Program-made: the position numbers and the translations under genes
Assembly (NCBI GenBank): GCA_002269645.1
Contig: NIVC01002402.1
Location: forward strand, 147,876 to 185,381
DNA from: Macrostomum lignano
Lineage: Eukaryota
Reading direction: 5' to 3'
Length of the DNA: 37,506 nt
Notes under the pieces: generated by a model
The model's input: the letters and a program-made list of their open reading frames with translations, nothing else
What the model was told of the DNA's origin: nothing
Databases searched by the model: none
Shown: positions 13,620 through 25,890 of the stretch, piece by piece
Layout: each line of letters starts with the position of its first letter
How positions within the stretch are numbered: the first letter of the stretch is position 1

Positions 13620-13810
13620 TGTCTCTGACTTTCAGGATCTCCAGTGTGCTTCATTCTTTCAACTTCTATGTACTCTGTCTTTGACCTTCAGGATCTCCAG
13701 TGTGCTTCATTCTTTGACCTTCAGGATCTTCGGTTCGTCAGTGTATATTGTAACATCAGTGTACTTTCTTGATCTTCAGACTTTACTGTGTACTTCTTTG
13801 ACCTTCAGGG
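13620..13810. repeat. Degenerate ~35-bp repeat (TCTTTGACCTTCAGGATCTCCAGTGTGCTTCAT) in Rab10 intron 1
   Basis: TTTGACCTTCAGG recurs several times. Confidence 0.7.
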
Positions 13811-14363
13811 TAGACCTTGACATTTGTATCCTTCATTCGCGAGCCTAAACATTCAGGCTGAGGTTGTGCCGTGGGAATTTCTATTTCCAACTATCCACAG
13901 ATGCTGATATATAACTGACTGTATCAAATTTATGCAGCTATTGGCTACAACAGGAAAGCAGTGGCTGCAAGTACATGATATAAATGCTTAAACAATTAAA
14001 GCAATATAGCATGCATTATGGATAAGTCTGTGTTTGAGTCAAACAGTGTCAGACACTCAGACAGGCACACAAGTAGAAAGAGACAAATGGCATTCTGTTT
14101 TTTACTACTTCTGTTATCAGTTAGACTGTTGGATTGAGTTTTGCGATCTTCTTTTTTAGTAACTAAATTCAAACTGCTTCACTGCGTTGTACTGCGCAAC
14201 ACCGAGTTTCCTAGCAAACAAATGTTTGAACTGGATAAGCTTCCTGCGAAGTTAAAATATTACATGAACTAATGTGCCTGCTTGCAATGTAGTTGGTTTA
14301 GGAAATAGTTTCCTTTCGTTTAGTTACTTTAGTACTATCTTATTGTACAACTTGTCTCACTCT

Positions 14364-14643
<280 letters not shown>

Positions 14644-14689
14644 TGAGATTTGCACTGTGGATCTTTTATTGATTAATGTTGACTGACTC

Positions 14690-14830
14690 ACTGACTAACT
14701 ACCTAACCTACCAACCTACCTACCATATCTGCCTTACCTACCTAACCTACCTACCTAGTTACCTAGTACCTACCTACCTACCTTACCTACCTAACCTACC
14801 CTACCTAACCTATACCTAACCTACCTAACA
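14690..14830. repeat. Degenerate (ACCT)n microsatellite in Rab10 intron 2
   Basis: CTACCTAACCTACC runs up to the acceptor. Confidence 0.85.
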
Positions 14831-14856
14831 ACCAAAATACCCAACCACCCGCGCAG

Positions 14857-15175
14857 GTGGCTGCGCAACATTGACGAGCACGCCAGCGAAGAAGTGGAAC
14901 GCGTCCTAATCGGCAACAAGAAGGATTTAAACGAGAAACGCCAAGTAACCGTCGAAGAAGGCCATCGCCTATCAAAAGAAAAGGACATCCCGTTCTTTGA
15001 AACCTCGGCTAAAACTGGCGACGGTGTTGAAGCCTCGTTCCGCGCCTTGACTGAGATTATTCTGCGCAAGACTCCGGCTGGCGGCCTGGCAGACCGCACT
15101 GATGGCGGAGCTGGCGGCAACATCCGGGCTGGTCAGGACTCTGCCGGGGGCCACTCGCGCAGCCGGTGCTGCTGA
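14857..15175 (+). CDS. RAB10: Rab10, coding exon 3 (WLRNIDEHA..GNKKD..ETSAK..ILRKTP..SRCC*)
   Basis: Acceptor CGCGCAG; G4 NKxD, G5 ETSAK and C-terminal CC prenylation motif; spliced product 207 aa. Confidence 0.96.
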
Positions 15176-15435
15176 GAGAGAGACTCGAGAGCCCTGCTTG
15201 AGCTTGATGAGCGCGTTCAATATTGTAACAACTATAACTGTTAAATGTTTATGATAATACTTCTATGGCCCTTGTAATAGTGAGATATATGGACTTTAGT
15301 AGATTGGCTAAATGTTTTGATTCTTATATATGCGTGCTTAACTCTTGTCTTGTTTTAATAACTTTTTTGCTTCCAATACGAGTTTCTGGGTCCCTTGTTG
15401 TGCTTTAATATGGCAGTGTACTTTAATATAATAGC

Positions 15436-15868
15436 GGGATAACTCCCTGTTACAGACACTACAGACTAGGATAACTCCCTGTTACAGACACTACAGACTG
15501 GGATAACTCCCTGTTACAGACACTACAGACTAGGATAACTCCCTGTTACAGACAGTACAGACTAGGATAACTCCCTGTTACAGACACTACAGACTAGGAT
15601 AACTCCCTGTTACAGACAGTACAGACTAGGATAACTCCCTGTTACAGACACTACAGACTGGGATAACTCCCTGTTACAGACACTACAGACTAGGATAACT
15701 CCCTGTTACAGACACTACAGACTGGGATAACTCCCTGTTACAGACACTACAGACTGGGATAACTCCCTGTTACAGACACTACACTACAGACTGGGATAAC
15801 TCCCTGTTACAGACACTACAGACTGGGATAACTCCCTGTTACAGACACTACACTACAGACTGGGATAA
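15436..15868. repeat. 32-bp minisatellite (GGGATAACTCCCTGTTACAGACACTACAGACT)n, ~13 copies, 3' of Rab10
   Basis: Near-identical units; two carry a +5 ACACT insertion. Confidence 0.96.
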
Positions 15869-15944
15869 TACTCTAAGCACTCTGGATAGGATCAGTAAAA
15901 TGCTATATATGTGTTTTCTTTGCTAAGGTACAAAATTACAATAC

Positions 15945-15950
15945 AATAAA
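15945..15950 (+). promoter_or_regulatory. Candidate polyadenylation signal AATAAA for Rab10
   Basis: First AATAAA I noticed 3' of the stop codon; hexamer only. Confidence 0.3.
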
Positions 15951-17018
15951 GTGCTTACTGCCACCCATCCTACTTATAGTAATGAATAATCACAGTAGTG
16001 TACAATTTGCATCTTTGCTTGTTCCTTTATTGTCATAATGCGCTTCGCTTTGTTTTATTGTTTTATTATTATTATTATACATGAAGTTACTCATGCCTAC
16101 TTGTGACTGAGTAGTGTATTCTATTTACATGAAAGTCATATTTCCTACAACTCTGCTTCTTTTTAAGTTATGTTTATCTTTATATGCTAAATATATATGC
16201 TACTAGCTATGTAAGCAGCCTTCTTGACCCTTGCTCGCTCCGTTTTCAATTTTCCGCAAGTATTTTCTACTTTAAATATTCTCTCCGGCTACTATAAGTA
16301 GTTTTCCTATACGATTTTGATTTTGATTGCTTGTTTATACAATATTGGGTGCAATATGTATAAATGGGATACTCTTTGTGTGTTTTTATTGTGCAAACTA
16401 AATATTATTTTTGCTTAAGCTGCAAAAAATTGTACCAATGTTTTTAAACGATTGCTCGCCCTTTGGCGTGTGTACTTTTGTGTGTACTTTTATTTGTTAT
16501 TGTGTCCGCAATTCGCAATCCTGCTAATAAGAACAGTACACACACAATATTGCAATCTACCGAGTCGCCATAATATAATCGTGTTCAATGCTTTGTAGCA
16601 ATTGAAAGTCTTTTAATTATTTATATTCAATTCACATGACACCATGACGAGGTAATATTTTTCTAACCATTGATATGATGAAAGCACTTCGGACAATATT
16701 TTATCTGATTTTTACTCACTGGCTAAAGCATGGTTCTTACTCGTAATTAGTTATCTATAATTTTACATTGTCCCCAGTTTTAGTTATGCCACAATCAAAC
16801 TCCTATCTATATTGCTATCTGTAAATTGTGTTTCTTTTCAGTTACTCATGCACATATTCGTACATGGCTTTTTGTTGCCATTATTGTTTAAATTTTGTCC
16901 CACTCTACTCATAGTAGAAATTGAAGCAAAGTTTACTATCTAAATTTTTATTATTATTTATAGGCTTATACATTATTGTTAATAGCTATTGCAGGTTTCG
17001 GGTGGTTAGCAGAGAAGG

Positions 17019-17322
17019 GTTGTAGCCCAGCGGTCAGAGCGTGGGACTCACGACTTGAAGGTCGGGGGTTCGATTCCCGGTCCCACTGGAACAATTTGTG
17101 TCCTTGAGCAAGTCACTTAACTCTGCACTGCTTCAGTTCACCCAGCTGTAAAATGGGTGCCAGCATTAGCTGGGGTAACTGAGGCTGTGTGTGGCGACCC
17201 CCAGTCCTTGGACTGAACAGCCGTACGCAGCCTTCAGATGCGCTGCGCAAATAGCTGCGGCTGAGCTGTCGGTTGCACATCTGGCCCATTTGGGGCAGGC
17301 GTAATCAATTATTATTATTATT
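17019..17322 (+). mobile_element. Full-length tRNA-derived SINE with CORE-like central domain and (ATT)n tail
   Basis: A box TAGCCCAGCGG (17023-17033), B box GGTTCGATTCC (17067-17077), central GCAAGTCACTTAAC...CTGTAAAATGGG, tail ATTATTATTATT, TSD AGAGAAGG (17011-17018 and 17323-17330). Confidence 0.9.
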
Positions 17323-18106
17323 AGAGAAGGACACGGCTAGGGGATTACTAGAACAGTGTAGCGCAGATATTTATTGCTTTAAACGCTTTTTAAGCTGTAA
17401 ATTTCTTACTCGAATTATTTATTGCAGTGTTCAATTGTCTAGTTATTCTGTGTCTTCTTTTTATTTTATTTTGATAAAAGAAATTGTTTATTTAGTTGTT
17501 GAAAGCAACTAGTCAGTTAACAGACTTGGCTGTCTGCATTCGCAACACTAACCAGTTTAGGATTACAAAATAATAATAATTACTATAAATTAGAAGTTAA
17601 AATAATAAGTTTCAGTTGTAACAACTCAAAATTGTGCTTAAAAGTTTATTGTCAAGACAAGCCTAATCATCTTGTTTGAAATTATATTTTTCCCAGATAT
17701 ATAAACTATGATATTATTTAATACGATAAATACACAGTAACTAAGTATCTAAGGAATCCCAAATTCGCTTTCAGCCTTAACACATAAAAATTGCCATTAA
17801 ACCCCTTACCTATCCCTTTTTATTCAGATTGTTCAACATAGAATAACAACGCTAATTTTCAAATTGTTTGTATTCTGTTTTTAAACATTTTTTCGTTAGT
17901 TGAATGTAGGACATTCTTATGTAAAAAAATTGGCTGAAGCATATGCTGCTTGGTAAACATGTAGAATATCACTGCTTTGCTAATTTGCATTCAGCAAACT
18001 AGCAAACTGTATGCAAATTGTTTCTTTACTCTGAAAAAATGGCTGTCAATCTTAGAGAAGTTTTTAAGGTCTAGGAGTGTCTTGTTGCTGATCTTTCTCT
18101 GCACAA

Positions 18107-18610
18107 GAGAATGTACATTCCGCATCTGATAAATTGGTAGACTGCACATTCCGTATCTGATAGGATACATTGGGAGAATGTACATTCCGTATCTGATAGG
18201 ATAGATTGAAAGAATGTACATTCTGCATCCGACAGATTGGGAGATTGTACATTCCGGCATCTGATAGATTGGGAGATTTTACATATCGTATCTGATAGAT
18301 TGGGACTGAGAGAACGTCACATTCCGGATCTGATAGGTTGGCAGAACGTACCATTCCGTATCTGATAGATTTGGACTGGGAGAATCTACATTCCGCATCT
18401 GATAGATTAGGAGGATGTACATTCCGCATCTGATAGATTAGGAGGATGTACATTCCGCATCTGATAGATTTGGAGGATGTACATCCTACATCTGATGTAT
18501 ATTGGTAGGATGTACATCCTACATCTGATAAATTGGGAGAACGTATAACATTCCGCATTTGATGCATTTGGAGGATGTACATCCTATATCTTATAAAATT
18601 AGAAGAATGC
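18107..18610. repeat. Degenerate ~30-bp minisatellite (GAATGTACATTCCGCATCTGATAGATTGGGA), ~16 copies
   Basis: ACATTCCG(C/T)ATCTGATAG core recurs about every 30 bp. Confidence 0.9.
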
Positions 18611-19029
18611 ATTTTTACATGTGGATCTTAGCAAACAAATTTTTTACATTTATATATATTTCTAAATACCACAGTGCGTTCACTAAAAAATCGTGCACTA
18701 ATTAAGATTATAGAATAAAATTACTAAAACAAAAAAGTTTTGTTTAATTGTCTTGTCACATATTTTTAGCAGTTCTTTCGTCTAATGATGGAATAAAATG
18801 ACAGTGACAGTGCCAGTATTTTGCTAAACTAAAAGCCGTTCCATATTAATTTATGCATTAGCCTAATTGCGTGGGTGGAGATGAAGAGAGGCAGCTGAAT
18901 GAAGCTAAATGAGGCTTAATAGTTTTTCAGTTTATATAGCTAAGCTAGTAGTGTGCCTAAATAAGACAAATTTAGCTGCATAAGGTATAAATCTACAGAA
19001 TAAGATATGACAATGTTTGCGCTGTATTA

Positions 19030-19200
19030 TCCTATATACTAAAAATGAAATGTGTGTCTCTGTGAGATAGATTTCAGAAAAAACGGCTTAACCGATTTTC
19101 TTCAAACTTGCACCATTCGATCAGAAATTTTCCTGGGACGGTACATGCATCTTGGCTAAGAAATTGCTCAATTTTAAAGGGATTAAATATTCGAAAAACA
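19030..19200 (+). mobile_element. Probable 5' end of a non-autonomous Helitron-like element
   Basis: A|TC start (19029/19030), TCCTATATACTAAAAATGAAATGTGTGTCT and AAACGGCTTAACCGATTTT..AAA, resembling Lep1/DINE-type Helitron 5' regions. A 3' hairpin-CTAGT was not found. Confidence 0.45.
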
Positions 19201-19494
19201 TGCTTTTTTGCAAAGGTCAAGCAGCTCTTTCAACTTGAAAGGCATTGTAAAAATGCGAGAGAAAAAACTGACTGACTGAATTTCAATTGTGATAAAGATT
19301 GCATCACAAAAAGTTGAAAACAGTGTCAAAGAAATGCACACACTACTTGATAGAAATTGCGTAACCATATTGCTAACTTAAATTGGGACTGATACTGGCT
19401 GACCGAGAAATTGATTATGTCATAACTTTTTACTCCAATTGACTTGCTGTAAGAATTGAATTCAAAGGGCCACAGTTCATGTTCTCAGATTAAA

Positions 19495-19566
19495 AAAAGA
19501 GATAGCCTAGATGCGAGCAGACTGGACTGCTAATGTAGTGACCTGGGTTCGAATCTTAGTAGAGCA
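19495..19566 (+). other. Degenerate tRNA-like (Pol III A/B box) sequence, pseudo-tRNA or SINE head
   Basis: TAGCCTAGATG (A-box-like), stem-loop ACTGGA-CTGCTAA-TGTAGT, GGGTTCGAATC (B box); acceptor stem not formed. Confidence 0.4.
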
Positions 19567-19610
19567 AAATAATTTTTTTGTTAAAACACCTTCAAAACAC
19601 AAAATGCTAA

Positions 19611-20855
19611 ACATAAAAGGGCCACCATGCCAAGCATATACGCGACTCCATGTCAAACATTAAAGAGCCACAATGTCAAAAATTAGAGAGCCACCATGTC
19701 GAACATTAAAGAGCCACCATGTCAAACATCAAAGAGCCACCATGTCGAACATTAAAAGGCCACAATGTCAAACATTAAAGAGCCACCATGTCGAGCATAT
19801 TCGTGACTCCATGTCGAACATTAAAGAACCACCATGTCGAACATTAAAGGGCCACAATGTCAAAAATTAAAGAGCCACCATGTAAACATAATGGAGCCAC
19901 CATGTCAAACATTAAAGAGCCACCATGTCAAACATTAAAGTGCCATCGTGTCAAACATTAAAGAGCCACCATGTCAAACATTAAAGAGCCACTATGTTGA
20001 ATATTAAAGAGCCACTATGTCAAACAGTAAAGAGCCACCATGTCGAACATTAAAGAGCCACCATGTCAAACATTAAAGAGCCACCATTTCAAACATAAAA
20101 GAGCCACCATTTCAAGCATAAAAGAGCCACCATGTCAAACATAAAAGAGCCACTATGTAAAACATATATGTGACTCTATATCAAACATATACGTGACTTC
20201 ATGTCAAACATTAAAGAGCCATCATGCCGAACATTTAAGAGCCACCATGTCAAACATATAAGAGACTTTATTTCAAACAAAAAAGAGCCACCATGTTGAA
20301 CATTAAAGAGCCACTGTAAAACAAAAAAAACATTTCGAACATTAAAGAGCTACCATGTCAAACATTAAAGAGCCACCATGTCAAACATTAAAGTGCCATC
20401 GTGTCGAACATTAAAGAGCCACCATGTCAAACATTAAAGAGCCACCATGTCAAACATTAAAGAGCCACCATTTTGAACATTAAAAAGTCATTATGTCAAA
20501 CATTAAAGAGCCACTTTGTTGAATATTAAAGAGCCACTATGTCAAACATTAAGGAGCCACCATGTCAAACATTAGAGAGCCACCATGTCGAACATAAAGG
20601 AGCCGCCATGTCGAACATAAAAGAACCACCATGTAGAACATAAAAGAGCCACCATGTCGAACATAAAGGAGCCACTATGTCGAACATAAAAGAGCCACCA
20701 TGTTGAAAATTAAAGAGCCAACCTGTAAAACATTTAAAAGATTCACCATGTCAAACATATAAGTGACTTCATTTCAAACATAAAAGAGCCACCATGTCAA
20801 ACATAAAAGATACACAATTTCAAACGTAAAAGTGAGCGAATTTTAAAGGAGCCAC
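19611..20855. repeat. 23-bp minisatellite (ATGTCAAACATTAAAGAGCCACC)n, ~53 copies, moderately diverged
   Basis: Period 23 (TTAAAGAGCC at 20411 and 20434). Confidence 0.96.
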
Positions 20856-20892
20856 TATAATGCTAAGGAAATTGTCGCACTAGCTACTTATT

Positions 20893-21470
20893 GTCTGGTG
20901 GATGCTTGCTATTTGGGGATACTATCTATCTGGGGGATGCTTGCTATCTGAGGGATGCTTGCTATCTGGGGGATGCTTGCTATCTGGGGATGCTTGCTAT
21001 CTGGGGGATGCTTGCTATCTGGGGGATGCTTGCTATCTGGGGGATGCTTGCTATCTGGGGATGCTTGCTATCTGGGGGATGCTTGCAATCTGGGGGATGC
21101 TTGCTATCTGGGGGATGCTTGCTATCTGGGGATGCTTGCTTTCTGGGGATGCTTGCTATCCGGGGGATGCTTGCTATTTGGGGGATGCTTGCTATCTGGG
21201 GATGCTTGCTATCCGGGGGATGCTTGCAATCTGGGGGATGCTTGCTATCTGGGGATGCTTGCTATCTGGGGGATGCTTGCAATCTGGGGGATGCTTGCTA
21301 TCTGGGGGATGCTTGCTATCTGAGGGATGCTTGCTATCTGGGGATGCTTGCTATCTAGGGGATGCTTGCAATCTGGGGGATGCTTGCTATCTGGGGGATG
21401 CTTTTGCTATCTGGGGGATGCTTGCTATCTGGGGGATGCTTGCAATCTGGGGGATGCTTGCTGTCTTGGG
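20893..21470. repeat. 18/19-bp minisatellite (GATGCTTGCTATCTGGG[G])n, ~30 copies
   Basis: Read directly; explains the MLAIWG/GDACYL ORFs. Confidence 0.96.
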
Positions 21471-23075
21471 ATGATTTCTTTGTCTGTTTGTCTGTTTGTC
21501 TGTTTTCTTTGTGAAAGCTTTATTTGGCTATCTTCTTATTACTTGTAGAGAACAGAGATTCTATACGGATGTCCCCCAACGGGGGGCGAAGATTGCTAGT
21601 ACTCTTCTATTCTTGACAGCCTCCCACTCAGCTACGCTTCATTCAGTAGCTCTTTCGTTTAATGAAGAATGGAATGAATGTTTTTTGTGAGAAAAACTTC
21701 GTCCCCTAGTCATTAATTTAAATTTTGGTCCGTATAATTTACCCTTTGGGGGTTGGTTGCTCAATCTCAACAGGCGCAATTGTACTTCATGCCACCACCG
21801 CAAGCGTTCATTCAAGAACATTTTCTCAACCTCGCCACAAAGCAAGCCCGTTTGTGTATTCGAATTGGACGAAACGAAAGGCCTCGCCCAGCAAAACAGA
21901 ATTAATATAATATATTATAGAGCTAGAAAGCGCGAGCGCGCAAGCACGCAAAAACAACACGATACACCAAACCGCAAAAAAGTGTGGGTGGGCCGAGGGC
22001 TCTATATATTTCAACACTTTAGTGCCTACACTACAAGGTACATAGCAGTTGGGCGCCTAAAGCTAATGCTAGGCCACGAATTAAGTTGCGTAGATTTCTT
22101 GTTCAATAAAAACCACTGGGGTGCCGGTCCGTGAGAGCGGGCGGGGTGGGGTTGAGCGGGGGTGTGTTGGGCTGAGGGTTACGATAGAGAGGAATTGATG
22201 CTGGCGGACGGCGGCCCGCGGGGCAAGTTTTATAGAGGAGGGTTGAAACGTACATAATCAGCCCCAGTGTACATTCAATTCAGTCGGTGTACACTGGGGG
22301 AGAGAGAAACTAAAATTCCTTACATTTGCAAGCACTCTAAAAGCTCTCAGCCTGTGAGACGCTTGCCAAGTGAAGCCCCCAGTGGCATAGAGGGTTTCCC
22401 AACCCTCCCCTTGACTTTACTAGTAAAATCGTACGTAAGCGCCTTGTCCTGGTTCAGTTCTAGACTAACTGGCAAAGCCCTGCAACTCCTTTTTTACTAA
22501 AAAGCCAGCGATCAGATAGATCAGTACGTAATAGATTAAGACATATACAGTTACTTTTAAAAATAGCTTCCTTCATATTTTTAGTTAGACAGGTAATAAA
22601 AGGCTTCTTTGTTTCTGTTTGTGTTTCAACTAGCTAAGCTTGATATAGAAACAAGAGTCGACAGGCGTTTTGTATAGTAAGCTAAAGAAAAGAAAGAGGA
22701 TAATCAGCAGCACACAGACTACGAGAGGACTTACGAGTGCGAGACTAAGAGAATCAAGTGAGACTCAAGAGTCCAGAGACGAGACGAGGATCAAAAAGAC
22801 GAAGGGAGCGCCTTGACGCAATTAATTTGAAACTTTGAAAGCATAAAAAGGCCTTTGACTGCTGATAGATAAGCAATATAATACTGCTTACTGTCTATTC
22901 TAAGAGCAACAGAGAAGTCGAAGAAGAAGAATCGATCGATCCGAGGGGCAGGCAAAGAGGAAAAAAGGAAAGATATTAAAACAAGATTACCGGAAGCTTA
23001 ATCAACTCTCGTCTTGAGACTATATATATTATATTATTTAGAGTAAAAAGCATAAAGGGTTTTATTAGATCAGCA

Positions 23076-23815
23076 ATGACGGCCGCTACAACCTACGCGA
23101 CTGCAATGCCTATTGACGATGAAAGCAACAATGACCAGTTTGGCGGCAGCGACACGGAAGAAGACCAAGAACAAGAGGAATCACCTCCGCCTGCTACTCC
23201 AGACGATACCGTCTATTGCAACAAGCAGCTCACTGCACATTTAATCAAACAGCTTTGCTCAAGAACTAATAGACGGTCTACTAACAATCATTTTAATGGC
23301 TCTGCTAGAAGCAGCAGCAGCAGCAATAACAGTAGCTATAGAAGCAGTGGTATTGGGAATAATAATAACATATTAGTTGGCAACAGTAGCAATGGTCCCG
23401 TAGGCTACGACAGAAGCAACAGTGACAGCACCAGATCTTATTCGCCAGTCGAGACTCAGTCAGCCGAGCAGAGTCTGATCAGGCCGCCTCAGCTTCAGCA
23501 GCCTCATTATCAGGCTCAAGCTCCAGTTGTTCAGCGAGACTCTATAGATAGTAGCCAGGTAAGTTCTGGCTATCTGTCAGCCTCGTCAGCTTCCGGGATA
23601 TCCGGCCTCTATGGCGCTTCGCCAGCTTACGTCTCTCCATTCGCTCTGTCCCCGTTGAACGAGAACGCGCCTAGATCTTCGGCTTGGTCTCGGCCGGCAA
23701 TCAGTCTGGACGTAATTAAAAGTGCACGAACCGCGGAACTGGAGACGGTATTGTTTAAATTGTGCGACGAATTTGAGGATCGGCTGCACGGAAGATTCGA
23801 TAGTTTTAGTTCCAG
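23076..23815 (+). CDS. Bcl-2 family protein, coding exon 1 (acidic N-terminus, BH4-like helix, long disordered loop, BH3)
   Basis: YCNKQLTAHLIKQLCSR (23214-23264) resembles Bcl-2 BH4 YDNREIVMKYIHYKLSQ; BH3-like LETVLFKLCDEFEDRLHGRF; donor CAG|GTTTGT, phase 2. Confidence 0.85.
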
Positions 23816-24014
23816 GTTTGTTTCTCATTTGCTTTATAGATTCTATTGCTGGGTTACCTCCTTTGTTCAAGTGCCCCCTGCCCTTTAACTGTTAAGTTCA
23901 GGGATACTCTGTCCTTCATAGGTTCATTTCAATTTCAGGGGCTCCCTGTCCTTCAGATGTTCAGTTTAGGGACACCTGTCTTTAGGCTCCTATGTTTCTG
24001 CCTTCAAGCTACCA

Positions 24015-25360
24015 TGTTCCTGTCCTTCAGGTTCCTCTGTTCCTGTCCGTTAGGTTCCCCTGTTCCTGTCCGTTAGGTTCCCCTGTTCCTGTCCGTTAGG
24101 TTCCCCTATTCCGGTCCGTTAGGTTCCCCTGTTCCGGTCCGTTAGGTTCCCCTGTTCCGGTCCGTTAGGTTCCCCTATTCCGGTCCGTTAGGTTCCCCTG
24201 TTCCTGTCCGTTAGGTTCCCCTGTTCCTGTCCTTCAGGTTCCTCTGTTCCTGTCCGTTAGGTTCCCCTGTTCCTGTCCGTTAGGTTCCCCTGTTCCGGTC
24301 CGTTAGGTTCCCCTGTTCCTGTCCTTCAGGTTCCTCTGTTCCTGTCCGTTAGGTTCCCCTGTTCCTGTCCGTTAGGTTCCCCTGTTCCTGTCCGTTAGGT
24401 TCCCCTATTCCGGTCCGTTAGGTTCCCCTGTTCCTGTCCGTTAGGTTCCTCTGTTCCTGTCCTTCAGGTTCCTCTGTTCCTGTCCGTTAGGTTCCCCTGT
24501 TCCTGTCCGTTAGGTTCCCCTGTTCCGGTCCGTTAGGTTCCCCTGTTCCTGTCCTTCAGGTTCCTCTGTTCCTGTCCTTCAGGTTCCTCTGTTCCTGTCC
24601 GTTAGGTTCCCCTGTTCCTGTCCGTTAGGTTCCCCTGTTCCTGTCCTTCAGGTTCCTCTGTTCCTGTCCGTTAGGTTCCCCTGTTCCTGTCCGTTAGGTT
24701 CCCCTGTTCCTGTCCTTCAGGTTCCTCTGTTCCTGTCCGTTAGGTTCCCCTGTTCCTGTCCGTTAGGTTCCCCTGTTCCTGTCCGTTAGGTTCCCCTATT
24801 CCGGTCCGTTAGGTTCCCCTGTTCCTGTCCGTTAGGTTCCCCTGTTCCGGTCCGTTAGGTTCCCCTGTTCCTGTCCTTCAGGTTCCTCTGTTCCTGTCCG
24901 TTAGGTTCCCCTGTTCCTGTCCGTTAGGTTCCCCTGTTCCTGTCCGTTAGGTTAGGTTCCTCTGTTCCTGTCCTTCAGGTTCCTCTGTTCCTGTCCGTTA
25001 GGTTCCCCTGTTCCTGTCCGTTAGGTTCCCCTGTTCCGGTCCGTTAGGTTCCCCTGTTCCTGTCCTTCAGGTTCCTCTGTTCCTGTCCTTCAGGTTCCTC
25101 TGTTCCTGTCCGTTAGGTTCCCCTGTTCCTGTCCGTTAGGTTCCCCTGTTCCTGTCCTTCAGGTTCCTCTGTTCCTGTCCGTTAGGTTCCCCTGTTCCTG
25201 TCCGTTAGGTTCCCCTGTTCCTGTCCTTCAGGTTCCTCTGTTCCTGTCCTTCAGACTTCCCTGTTCCTGTCCTTCAGACTCCCATGTTCCTGTCCTTCAG
25301 ACTTCCCTGTTCCTGCCCTTCAGACTCCCATGTTCCTGTCCTTCAGGCTCCCCTGTTCCC
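24015..25360. repeat. 23-bp minisatellite in Bcl-2 intron 1, with two interleaved variants (TTCCTGTCCGTTAGGTTCCCCTG / TTCCTGTCCTTCAGGTTCCTCTG), ~58 copies
   Basis: Period 23 (24061 and 24084); grades into unique sequence at both ends. Confidence 0.97.
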
Positions 25361-25375
25361 AAACTATTTTTACAG

Positions 25376-25610
25376 ACTGGACACCGAACCAGCTACGATC
25401 CGCGAGTCAGTTACCCGAGAATTGGAGACCCTGTTCTATGACGACAATATTCACTGGGGCCGCATCATTGCCGTTTTCGTACTGACTAAAGAAATCTGCG
25501 ACAAGTGCCTGTCGGAGGGCCGGCCGGAACTGTCCGAGGCTGTCCAGCAGTGGGTGGCCGAATTTATTGATCAGCACCTGTGGCAATGGGTGCGGAAGAA
25601 CCAAGGCTGG
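25376..25610 (+). CDS. Bcl-2 family protein, coding exon 2 (BH1 ELETLFYDDNIHWGRIIAVF; BH2 WVRKNQGW)
   Basis: Acceptor TATTTTTACAG, donor TGG|GTGAGT. The phase-0 intron directly after the BH2 ..GW matches the conserved BCL2/BCL2L1 position. Confidence 0.95.
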
Positions 25611-25670
25611 GTGAGTTCACTCTCTAATTTTTTCACTGTCTGACCTCTGGCACTCTCTTGTAGTCTTTGA

Positions 25671-25890
25671 TGTCACTCTGATCTCTGTCTGTCACTTCAC
25701 TCTGATCTCTGACTGTCACTTCACTCTGATCTCTGTCTGTCACTTCTCTCTGATCTCTGTCTGTCACTTCTCTCTGATCTCTGTCTGTCACTTCACTCTG
25801 ATCTCTGTCTGTCACTTCTCTCTGATCTCTGTCTGTCACTTCTCTCTGATCTCTGTCTGTCACTTCTCTCTGATCTCTGTCTGTCACTTC
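25671..25890. repeat. 24-bp minisatellite (TCTCTGATCTCTGTCTGTCACTTC)n, ~9 copies, in Bcl-2 intron 2
   Basis: Read directly; explains the TDRDQREV ORF. Confidence 0.93.

Noticed and set aside
17017-17086. Functional tRNA gene
   Set aside because: Anticodon and acceptor stems are degenerate, and it continues into a SINE body with tail and TSD.
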